Assembly: GCA_976551045.1 (NCBI GenBank)
Contig: CDPCPM010000037.1
Coordinates: forward strand, 22,754,001-22,818,000
DNA from: Glaucostegus cemiculus
Taxonomy: Eukaryota
DNA length: 64,000 bases
Direction: 5' to 3'
How positions within the stretch are numbered: the first letter of the stretch is position 1; each line of letters opens with the position of its first letter. The notes under the pieces were generated by a model that ran no database searches, was not told the DNA's origin, and saw only the letters and a program-made list of their open reading frames with translations. Of this stretch, positions 25,378-36,700 are shown one piece after another. The translations under genes were made by a program, and so were the position numbers.

Positions 25378-26100
25378 GCAGCATTTGTATAGAACATTTC
25401 ATAATGCAGGATGTTGTATAATGCTTTTCAGCATTACACAAGATGAAGTAAAGTAAAAGAAAATATGGTGGTTGATTTGTGGATGGTAAAGTCCTACAAG
25501 TGGCTATGTGATAATGACAAGATTATTTCTTCTTCTAGTATTGATTGAGGCATAAATATTGGCAGGGCACGATGGATAAGTTCTCTGTTCTTCTTTTAAA
25601 TAATATAAAACAATATTTTGTCTCTGCACTGGAAGCAAAAAAAAATTGCAGTTAAGGAAGCAGAGATTCTGCTTCAGCAAACTCCCAGATTTTTCCGAAG
25701 GGCATTCCAAATGAATTTCAATGAAGTCGGCAAATTGAAATTTTAGAAATAGAGTGCAACTTTCCACGGATCTTATTACAGGTGAACAAAGTTGAATTTC
25801 TACTCTTTCTTTCCATGTAGCCCCCTCAGGTCATCCCAAAAGATTTCACACCAAAGACATCTGGTGGGGGTTTTAATCTGTTTTGCTGCTCTTGGTTGAG
25901 AGAAATGAGAATTCCCTTTTACATACCAAAGGATCCTTGTATTCATTGTGAATAGGTAGTCTCAGATGAATATTATGCCAAAAAGACATGATGATAATGA
26001 CAGGCTAGTGCCTCATGGATGTTCCATGAGAGCAGGATATGTGTTTAAATTCTGCAGAGTATATTCTGACTGTGGTAAAAGTGCTACTACTGAGTCATGC
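25378..26100 (-). mobile_element. Deu-domain SINE (SacSINE/AmnSINE-like), degraded and interrupted
   Basis: atgtgataatgacaagatt...ttgattgaggcataaatattggcagggcac...ttctctgttcttctt is the antisense Deu-domain core. A head-like ttctgactgtggtaaaagtgctactactgagtc lies at 26064-26096. Confidence 0.6.
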
Positions 26101-28944
26101 AGAGAAGAGGTTTGACAATGTTTGGGTTACTGTTTAAAAGTACCTGTGTGTGTCTTGGTGGGAAGGAAAATCGAGAAGGTAAACTTGGAATCTAGATTTT
26201 AATTAAACCTGTGATAGGCCAGGCAATTGAGACAAAAGTTCAAAAGGGTTAAAATTGGAACTAAAATTGGAAAGTTCTTCATCAAATAAATGAGATCACA
26301 GCATATCATATCCTCCCAGGTACAGTGGGAAGTCAAAGACCTTGGAGTCATTTAATATCCATCCAGCAAAGAGATGTGTGTCATTTTTTAGTAAATTGCT
26401 TCCCTTGGCATAATCTAATCTGTTAATTTAAGGTATAATAAAGTACAAAGGAGTGGTTTATTAGCAAGTATTAAAAAATTGTCACAACAAGCATTTTCTT
26501 TGCCAACTAAAATTATGACTGTAATTACGAAGGACATATGTGTGCTGTTATTTTGTGGTACCAAGTAGACAAATGTGATAATTGCAGGAGAGCGCCTACT
26601 GTGATCTGTCCCTGGTGCTGCAGAACATTTTAAATTTGTATCTTCACCTGCAGCGGGCTGTCCATGGTGTTACAAACTGCCTTACCAAGCAGCTCTGTAA
26701 ATAACATTGCTGACACACCTTCATCTATTAATGTGTCACTTCAAAAAATAGCAGTAGTTAATTTTTAACAAGAATTAAGAAATAAGAAAAGTTGAAATTA
26801 ATGTATTTATTGAGCTGTAATGTTAACAAGATGTCCAAAATAAATTTTGCTGCAAAGGAGCATAAAACCAACATGAAATTTAATCTTCTTGTGCTTATTT
26901 TAGAATGTAAAATGGCTGTGATGTGGTTAATTGTAGGTCCTTATATCTCGGATGTCTGAAAGTGACACAAGCCAATATTTCAGGTGGCCCTGGCGATCAC
27001 ATAAAACTGTCCATTTGCAAACATAAATGACTATCATGGGCAAAACAAGTTTCCTAGACTTTTTAAGATTGCTAAGTGACTACCATCAAGAGAAAGGTGA
27101 TTTGTACATGTAAAATTTTCACAAGCCGCAGATGTGAGAGGGGCAGTCATCTCTACCTCTTACCCCATTTCCCTCCCTACAGTGCTGATCTAGACCACCT
27201 CAGGAATTCTCTTGGGCTTTGCTGGAAAGCTAAATAGGCTAAAAGGAATTTCTCTGAAACAGTCAACCACCAATAAAAATGGCCTCCTGCAGGAGCAGCA
27301 TTAATATCAATGATGCCCGGGGTCCTATTTCAAGCTAACCCTGAGCCCACAGGTTGAGCAGGTGTTGTTGCTGCTTCTATGCTTTTGATCCTAGAAACTA
27401 GGCACCAGTGATTTCATTTCCCGTTGTTGCTGGATCTCGTGTTGCATCACATTGCTAGGAAAGCATGTTGCATTTATTAAATACAAAATATTTTCTTTTC
27501 AGAATAACTGTAAAGTACTAATAGAGAATAAGAGATTAGCTTCTATCCTGGGTATGGCATTGATTTGGTAGCTATGAGTCATGCAATTTTACCAGCCTTT
27601 CATTCATGCTTTTTATTTGCCTGATAAGTAACCTGCTCACATCTGCTCCTGTTGTAGAACAAGGATCCACAGCTGTCTCTCCTGCATCATTAATGCAGTT
27701 GGTCAGGAGATGTATTGCTTGGCATGGGAGCCCAGATCAGGGAGTTGGAAATGATTATTTGTTCCTTCTGACTGAGTATTTTCTTCAAAACGTTGGTGAG
27801 TCATCTACACTGAGGAAACAATCATACAGAATGAGTGGAAACAAGTGACAAATATGGACTCTATGACATTTCAGGATGATTAATCTGAAAAAATTACGAG
27901 CTGTATTTCTCATCTGAGCATGCTCGGTGTAGGATAGGAAAGCAGTGGTTCTAATAGAGGAGAAAAAGGTCAAAAGAAAAGCAGAGCAGCAAATGAAGAA
28001 CACCAAGCTGATTGCTCAGTAGCAGTGATACTGAAACTCATCAGTAAGGTAAATCTAATATTCATAAAATAAGGATATAAACAGGGCACTCTTCCAACTC
28101 AGCTGCAGAAGGAAGGAATTTCAGTGGCTATGCTTAAATTATTTTTGAGATGGAGCTGCCTAATTTCATCAGTACTTGATATTTAAAGGGATAATCTTAC
28201 CACACCGTTCTGCCTATTCTGGGGGTCATGCCCAAACCAGTTTTGACTGTAAGTTTGGCATGCCTCAAAGGCTAGGGAATTATGAGGACGCACAGCCCAA
28301 TACATTTATTTGTGCTGCTGTGGTTGATAATCCTCCATAAAATGACCTCAAAAGCATTACATTTAAGTGAGATTATTCATGCGATTTTGTTTTTCTCTTT
28401 GCCCATTCACTGCATTTCAAGGTCAAATGTTTGATGTGTTCACAGAAAAGTTCTGCAAATTTATTTTCTTTTCATCACCACTTCCCATTTAGTAAATTAG
28501 CTTCTGACTGCAGCTGGAGCCTCACCCAACCAGCCAATCCTTACTTGTGCATCAGTGACATAAGTGTAAGCTTGAGATTTAATCAAGGGATGGCAATGGG
28601 TGGGGGCGGGTGAGGTGCAGGAGGAAGACTTCCTTGTCAAACCCAGTGTAGCCTTCATCCAATATTCCACCTGTGTACATGATTAAGCAGCAGTCACTGG
28701 TAATCAGGGAGGGAAGCCGTGGGCTGACGGTTTTATTTTTAGTCCCCTTCTTTGAACTTATGAACTAATTGCAGCATCACTGTCTCTGCTCCTGTCGAGA
28801 TCAGCCAATAGCATAGAACAAAGTTTGAACCTGGAATATTTGTGACCTTTATGCCTGGGATTCAAGGTGAGAAGTGTCAATATGTAGCTTATGTAATATT
28901 GGATGAGTGGCAGTTTAAGAATGGTACCATGTGACCAACTGTGG

Positions 28945-28972
28945 AGTGAGAGAGAGAGAGAGAGTGTGTGTG
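28945..28972. repeat. (GA)n(GT)n microsatellite
   Basis: gagagagagagagagtgtgtgtg, read directly. Confidence 0.85.
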
Positions 28973-29084
28973 TTACTATTGGTATAGAAAGGACTTAGAC
29001 TGGTTTGCCTGACTGGTAGTAGGCCTACATGAGATTCTCTCACTCTCCATCGCTAGCTCTCTTGTTCACTTACCCATGCGCTCG

Positions 29085-29111
29085 CTTGCTCTCTCTCTCT
29101 CTCCTCTCTCC
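29085..29111. repeat. (CT)n microsatellite
   Basis: gctctctctctctctcctctctc, read directly. Confidence 0.8.
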
Positions 29112-29269
29112 CCACATTCTTTTTATTTTAATAATGTAAATTTGTTAATTTATTTGAGTCAGCAACTATTTGCAGTATAATGGAGAGAAATACCATCACA
29201 GGCAACGTATCCAAACATATAGCCATCTGGGAGCTTTTTCTATATTGTGGAGAACGATGAAAAGAGTGC

Positions 29270-30135
29270 AATGAATGCAGTCCGTGTTAATTTTCTGGAG
29301 ACATTTCACAAAGTCCCACCTTAAAAGGCTAGTTAGCAAAATGAATGCTAATAGATAAAATGATTATAGAAATGTTAGATTAAGGCCAGAAAACAGAAAG
29401 TCAATGCATGAAGTTGTTTTTCAGACTGAAGGGTGGTGGACAGTTAATCTCCTAGGAATTAGTGGTTTTCAATGTCTGTGTGAATGACTTGAATCTGGGT
29501 GCACATGGTAAAACTACAAAATTTGCTGATAATACAAATACTTGGAGATATGCTAAACAATGAAGGTGTTACTAGTCTGCAAGAGGATATGGATTGGCCG
29601 GCAGAAGAGACGGACAACTCAAAGTTGAAATTTAATACAGAGAATTGCTAAGTGAGAAAGAAGGAGAGACCATAAATAATGCAGGGACAGAGATAACTGG
29701 GTATATGTGTGCATAAAACTAAGAGGATGGCAAGACTTGTTGGGAGAGTAGTTCGTAAAATATATGGATCAGAAATAATAACTGTTGGTGTAGCATACCA
29801 AAGTAGGAAGGATATATTCAACCTTTTATAACACACTTAGGATGTAAGAGGAATATTACACCCAATTTTAACTTCCACTTTTCAGAAAGGATGTGATTAT
29901 CATTGCAAGGGTACAGTAAAGATTTACAAGAATATTTTAAGTCATAGAAATTTCAGCAAAAGGTTTGTACAAGAGGGTGCACAAGATCATGATGGGGAAG
30001 ACAGAGAGAAGCTGTCCACATTGGTAGAAGGATCAAGATTCAGAGAAGATGGGCTCAAATAATGGGCTAAACAAGATGAAAAAAATATCTTTTTTTACTT
30101 AGAGAATGGTTGTCATCTGGAATTCACTGGCTGTA
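29270..30135 (+). mobile_element. CR1 LINE ORF2 RT region, old and degraded
   Basis: Remnants of FDKVPH (cacaaagtcccac), KFADDTK (aaatttgctgataatacaaa), LQEDxD (ctgcaagaggatatggat) and FFTxRxV (ttttttacttagagaatggtt) occur in the expected order. Confidence 0.75.
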
Positions 30136-30179
30136 AGAAATAGCAAATGACTGCTAGCCAGAGACGCCAGTGAGAAGTA

Positions 30180-32200
30180 AACACGATTCTGCCCATATGT
30201 GTGTTCTTAAGGGAATTGGGCACTATTTGGTGTTGTATCTTTTATGTCACAGTATTTTTCACTTACTTGAATGTGTCAATGTATTATCACATGAAGAATT
30301 TTTTAATGAAAAATACATATTTATCTTGCAATTAATGTTATAAAAAATACCACAAGTTAATGAATTAAATCTGAACATTTATAGTGATGCATAAAATGGA
30401 TCTTTCAGCCAGATAACACCACGTGGTACAGAGTGCCTAATTGCTAGCCACAATATTATAATGATGTAGAATTCCAGTTTCCTTTATTTACACTTGTATA
30501 TTGACCACATAAAGGTGTTTTCTTCAGAGAAAGCATATATGCAATTCTCTTTCTCTTATTAGTTTATGCAGAATACGCTTCATTCATAATTGCTCTTGGC
30601 ACCCTCCTTACATTAATTTGGTGATGTGAACTTTGCACATCAAATGATGTCAATTCATTCTAATTCCAAACGCATGCAAGCTGATATGGTAGCGAACTGT
30701 GACACATTGCCAGCTCCATAAGTGCTGTGAGGTACACTTGGTTGCTTGTAATGGTATAAAGGAATTGAGGCCTCTGATTTTTTGTCAAATAGGGTGTGGG
30801 GCATTGCGCCCTGTAAAAGCTGTGTGTTAATCATCTTGTTTTATGCATGGATTTACTGAGGTTCTAATCTCAAAACTGTTATGTTATATTATCAATTTGC
30901 TCTTGAATTGGCTAGAAAGGTATTGTTGGTGCTTATCTTAAGGGATACAATTGGTGAATTGGTTGGTGATGCTTTGTAATAGCAGTAGATGGCTCACTTC
31001 AACAAGAAGTCTGTACATATTTATTAAGTTTGTATTATGAATGTTAGGATTCAATGTTTTATTGCAAGTTAACTGAATCCCAGTCATAGGCTTCCAAAAC
31101 AGACACATTTATGTGCATTCCATTAAAATAAAGCAAAAGCTAGTTTCCTTTTTGGAATTTCATATTAGCTAGGAGAAAATTGATCCAGACAGGCAACTAG
31201 AACTGACACTAACACATCAGTGCACCATACTCTGATGTCATAACATCATAATTATCACTTGAACTGATGTTTAGATCTACCTACCAATAGAAGATCAGTC
31301 TTTCTGCTCAGATGAGATTACATTGCTGGTTACCAGTTTGTACACGCAAGTTAAACTGGCCACAGGCATTTGGAGATCTCGATCCATTTAAACCTCAGCA
31401 TCCTTATGCCATCACAAGCAACCAAATGTTGCCTGACATTACATGTGTAGCTAACAATGAGTCACCATTCTTTGACGTACTAGCTTATATGTAGTTAGAA
31501 TAATCTGGCCTGCAAGAATGAATCAACCTTATTTGATGTGCAAAGTTCACATCACCAAATTAAACACTGTGTCAAGAGGAATTATGAAGCAGACCTATTT
31601 TAAATTAACTAATAACCAAAAGGCAGTTGCATAAATCCTCTCTTAGAAGGAAGCACCATTAATCTGGTCAATACGTAAAATGTAATTAATCTTGGAAACT
31701 ATGATTCTAAATCACAATATTATTGTAGTTAACAATTAAATATTCAGTTCGATGTAGTTCCTGCCAGTCACAAGGCATGTTCAACATAAAATGCTAGAAT
31801 TAATATTTTCTGCTTATGTTGGGCACATCCCTTAAAACCATTTACTCCAGGAAAGTGTGGCTGTCAGGAGCCATGATTCAAACAGTGTGAAGCAGATGGT
31901 GTCATTTTTTTTTCTCGTTTCCTCTTTGTAGTTTTATGTTTCATTCTATTTCAGAGCTTGGGTTACAATTGGTGAATTGGACTGTGGTGACCTGCAGTTC
32001 GAAGGCATAACCTCACATTGGATGGGTACAAGTGTAAAGTACTTTAATTATAGGTTCTTGCCAAATCTTATAATGTTCTGTGAGCATTTGATGCTAAAAT
32101 GTTACCTTTTATGTTGGGCATTTTACCAAACCTCAGTTCTCTGAAAATAAACAAAATGTCTTTGGAATAACTGGCATGGCCTGATCGACCAAATGGGGAG
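30180..32200. repeat. Ancient ~1.0 kb tandem duplication with internal ~400 bp inversion in one copy
   Basis: Inverted arms about 30360-30772 and 31390-31805 include an exact 33-bp match (30613-30645 vs 31531-31563). Direct matches in the flanks at about 1.0 kb offset include the 17-mer at 30946-30962 = 31964-31980. Confidence 0.75.
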
Positions 32201-32347
32201 CCTAAATTTCTGAAATTTTGTGAAACTGAAGACAACAAAAGTAATAGCAATTGAACATGTTAAGCCCTATCTCAACAATGACCTTTGTCAGGCTGCCAGC
32301 TTGTGAATGAAATGTCCATTACTATATAAGAATAAAATTAGAAACTG

Positions 32348-32503
32348 TGATAGAGCATAGAACATAGAACAATACAGCACAGTACAGTCGCTTCAGCCCA
32401 CCACGTTGTGCCGCCCTTCGAACCACACCTAAGACTATCTAACTGCTTCCTCTCACATATCCATCTATCTTAAATTCCTCCATATGCTTATCAAACAGTC
32501 TCA
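32348..32503 (-). mobile_element. HER1/CR1 3' tail, antisense
   Basis: catagaacatagaacaatacagcacagtacag...ttcagcccaccacgttgtgccg...cctaagactatctaac...ttaaattcctccatatgcttatc is the reverse complement of the 23900-24040 subfamily tail. Confidence 0.85.
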
Positions 32504-32981
32504 AGATAGTAAACTTTGAATTATTTGGGCAATTTAATGTAAATTGATTCAAGAGGAAACACCACTTGAAAAGCTTGGGTGAAACTGCATTTTTACATGG
32601 TTTCCACAGCAACTCTGCCAAAAGTATGTCAGACTATCAATTAATCTCTGTAGAAAATTACCCTTTCATGGGAATCGATTGTTCTAAATGCTTTTCTTAC
32701 TAGATATAGATAAATCATATAGGCTCTGAAACAACTTTCTTTCAATTTCAATATGTAGTTACATTTTAGAGTTTTAGTTTAAGTCCAGAGCTATATTTGC
32801 TAATTGCATTTTCTTTAACAGCTCATATTTGACACTTTTTAAATGCTTCATTTTGCTTATGCCTTCTTTACTGCAGTATATGCAGGGACTGGAAGAATAT
32901 GTGACCCGGTTGCTTTGTTTGCCAGTGTTCTGGTGAAAAAATGCAACTGAAGAGGTTTTATTGCTGTACAAAATTATTGTA

Positions 32982-33357
32982 AGAACATGACATGAGAATT
33001 TAAGAAGTAGTAGCAGGAGTACTTGATACTGCCCCTAGTGCCTGTAGTGACATTCAATAAGATCATGGCCAATCCTGTAGCTCATATCTAATTTGCTGTC
33101 CAATCCCAAATTTTCTTGATTCCCTGAAGTGTCCAAAAATCTGCTGAATCAGTCTTGAATTAATTCAACTGCTAATCATTTGTAGCCCTCTGAGTAAAGA
33201 CATTTCATATCCTATTCTAACCCGAAATGAAGCATCTTAGCATCTACCCTTTCAATCCATCTCAGGACCTTCTATGTTTCAATGCAATCACCTCTCATTT
33301 TCCTTAACTCTAGTGGGTATAGTCTAATCTTAATCTCGCCTCTTAAGACAACCCCTC
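32982..33357 (-). mobile_element. CR1 LINE 3' segment, antisense
   Basis: Tail aagaagtagtagcaggagta...cattcaataagatcatggc at left. The minus strand near 33357 reads as degraded GLSYEERL..LYPLELRKMRGDxIET. Confidence 0.7.
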
Positions 33358-33384
33358 AATTTAGTCCCTCTTGAATAATCTGTA

Positions 33385-33753
33385 AAAAGGGATGTCAACA
33401 AAGGCTAATAAGTGGTAAAGGGTCTGTGAGGCATAACGTGGTGAGGGGTTGAAAGGTGTCTTTGTTCAGAGGTACCTGGATGTCCTTATACATATATTAT
33501 TGAAAATTAACACACAGATACAGCAAGCAGTTAGGAAGCTGTTGGTATGTTTGTTAAGAATTGGGTACGTGAGTAAAAACATCCAATTATATAAGGTCCT
33601 GATGAGACTGCTATGGAATAGTGTGTACAGACCTGGTCTTCCTGCCTAAAGATGGATATACTTGCAGTAGATGGAATGCAGTGAAAGTTCACCAGATTGA
33701 TTCCTGGGATGGTAGTAGTTTTATCATATGAGAAGAGAAAGAGCATACGGGGC
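33385..33753 (+). mobile_element. CR1 LINE internal ORF2 segment, sense
   Basis: gttcagaggtacctggatgtcctt (VQRxLxVL), ttatataaggtcctgatgaga (LYKxLxR) and ttcaccagattgattcctgggatg (FTRLIPGM), ending at ttatcatatgagaagaga (LSYExR). Confidence 0.75.
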
Positions 33754-36700
33754 TTAGATATGGGTCTCTGGTTTTGTGTACCATCTTGTTATCAGATGTG
33801 CACCCAAGCTGTGAGTAAACCAGTATTTGGATGGAAGATCATGTATTTGCACTTCAAAAAAGAACAAAATATGTTTGGAAGTAATTTCAGCAATGAACAG
33901 TGCAGATAATGTCTGTATGAAGACTAAAAGAGATTGCAGAAGTGTCTGTTTGTTTGTATGTGCCTGGATTTGGATGAGCAACCATATCAGCTGATTTGCT
34001 TATGTCTTGATTTGTACCAAAGATAAATGTGTGAAGATTTCTTTATGTGAAATAACCACAGTAATCATGCATGCTATTTTACTTTCAGTACTTGTTTCAC
34101 ATGGTGTTGAAGCTGCATGAAGGTCTTAAGTATGTGAGGCAGAAACTACTTTCTCGGCAAGGAATACAGAAAAAGCTTATTTGGTTAAGTCCGGCTGATG
34201 CAGATCATCTTCAAGCTAATGCCATATGGAAAGGTAACAGGCTGCTGGGACCATGGTGAATGACAGGATTAACATCTGTTCTCTAAGCCAATAAAATTTT
34301 AGGACTGCAAACTGGAATTAAATAAATTAGGGAAACAGAGGTACAGAAAGATTACATTAAGAAAAAGGGTAAAAAGAGATCATAAAATTTAAAAAGCAAA
34401 TGTTGCCACAGTGGGCTTAATGAGAAATTAATGTCTACGTCCATCAAACTCTTCAACCTAACAGTATAGCTGAGGGCGAGTTGTTGTTTCTACGAGACAA
34501 ACAGCAGAGTGACATGAATTAACAGGAAGCTCTGGAGATTTGCAACTTGTGGTTCTGGATTTACCCAGTTAACTGGAAGCAGGTCCAGGATGCGTGTGCA
34601 TCTATCAGCCAACCTGCAGGTTTCAAACTTAATGAACAACAATGGGTCAAGCAGTCCTTCAGCAGAGTGCAGTCTTACTCAGGTTCTCCAGCAACTGCTG
34701 CGGGGAATTGGCTCCGGATCCTGTGCCAGGTTGTGACAAGATTGAATTTAATGGGGGAAGCTGGGCTGTAGAGTAGAAAGCAAATGGGAATGTTAAGTAA
34801 TGCTATCGAAAAACATACTTCAAGTTGTGTTTAATTTTTTTTTAATTATATGTTTTAAGTGCTATAGCTGATTTTACTTTTTTGAATTGTAATATTTTGA
34901 AAATTTTTATTTTATTTGTAGTAAATCAATGTTCTCTATTTTTAAGAATGCTGTAATAAACACAATATATCACAGTTCATTTTTCCAGTATAATAATGGT
35001 TGTTACATGGTAATGACTTCAGAGCAAATAACAATGTTCAAAAGGTGATTAAGTGACCATTCATAGCAACAATTAAAGCCTGGAAAATTTGAAGCTTATT
35101 GTTAAGCAGATGTCCTAGGTAGTGTAGCGTAAGGAGCTTCTATATTGGTAACAATCTTATTTTGGTTGCAGACAATAATTATCATTGCTCAGTCTTATAG
35201 TCACTGTGGAAATTTTACTTGACAACTTTATTACACTGGCTCACTTCTTAGTCATCCGCAGTGGAGCTTTTCCTTTTCCAGTCATGGTAACTGGAACTGA
35301 TTATACCTGTTTGAACTTCTGTCAACTGCAGAATCATTTTCTAACTGTGTTATTACCTTAGTCACTCCAGCTGTGGTTAACAAATTCATCATACACTTGA
35401 CTCACTTCTTCAACTGGCATCTTACTTTATTGCAAACTATAACTTGTTTTCTTATAAGCATTTAACATGTCAGTTTGTGCGTCTGCAGACTGTTTGCCTG
35501 AGGTGTTAACCTTTTTTTTGTTTCAGGTGACAGAAATCTAAACATTTCAAGAAGTGTTTGCTTTCTGTATAGGCGATCTCCTATTCATGTGGTTAGAGTT
35601 GAAGGATCCAGAAAAGTAAAACAACTATAGTTCAGGGATGTGTATTCAAGAAGGAATAATGAGAAATTAAGGGCAAAACAACATTATATAGGGTATTTTT
35701 AAAAAATCATTATGGATAAAGAGTTAATGGGCCATTCATAGATTCGTTGCAATGAAATGTGCTACTTGAATTGTTTTATTGTATTCACTAATATCCTAAA
35801 TTAAAAGTTATAATGTCCAAAATCAATGATCAAAACATATCCAGAGGATAACGGCATTGAAATGCCCTAAGGAGTTGGCAACAAATTGCAATAAATAATG
35901 ACATCTAAAAATTTAGCCAGCTGCATAATATGGATTATATGTCTAATTTCAGCAGAGCATTTACCACCACTGAAAACTTTCAGATACCCCATTTGAACGT
36001 CTTTTGTTATTTGCTATAAAACAGAGCTATCAAAATGCCATCAATATAACAGAAGTAGCATTTAGATATTCTATTGCAGTTTCAACAGATAGAACAAAAT
36101 ATTTTGACCAAAACCCAAGCATTGAACTCACCCTGTGCATCTCCTTCACTGTGAAATTAGTAATTCTTACAACTAGTTTCTGGCTTTAAATGTTTTTCAC
36201 TTGGTGTTTGCTCAGTTGTGTAATTAGTCCTTTGAATTTTTTGTTTTCTGCGGCATCTGTCTCTCCTGCTCCAGTTTTCCTTTTGTCAAGTTCATGGTTT
36301 GTTTCAGTATCCAAATCAACCATATAAATTAGAACAAAATGAGATTTGCAGCACCTCATTCAACACTTCCTGCCTATGTACAGTATTGTCACAGTTTATT
36401 CCAATTGTATAACCATTGTCTTAACCAGTGTTGTGCGATTTCCCTGATACACGCAGCTTTTATTTTAATGAAAAATCTTTTTCATTAAAAATGAAAAATC
36501 TGGAATTTCAGCAGCTGCTTTCTGTGAGCCCAAAGTGACTATTACCGTAGAAATTTCCATGATCTACTTAATCTGTAATTTTATTGAAAATGAATTATTA
36601 ATTTTAATTAGTGAAGAATCATTGGGAGCAGAACTCCCAAACATCATGTTTTCAGTGTGCAAAGTTCCTTACCAGGAAATTGTTCTAAATGTATCTGAAT

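Noticed and set aside
27875-28048. Exon-like segment (tttcag ... aag|gtaaat)
   Set aside because: There are stops in all three frames and a weak pyrimidine tract. It cannot be supported without RNA data.
17436-35181. 15-mer tgcagacaataatta present twice
   Set aside because: One or two AT-rich 15-mer matches are expected by chance in 64 kb, and there is no flanking similarity.
36463-36490. 13-bp perfect inverted repeat ttttaatgaaaaa-tc-tttttcattaaaa
   Set aside because: It is almost entirely A/T and low complexity, so slippage or template switching explains it.
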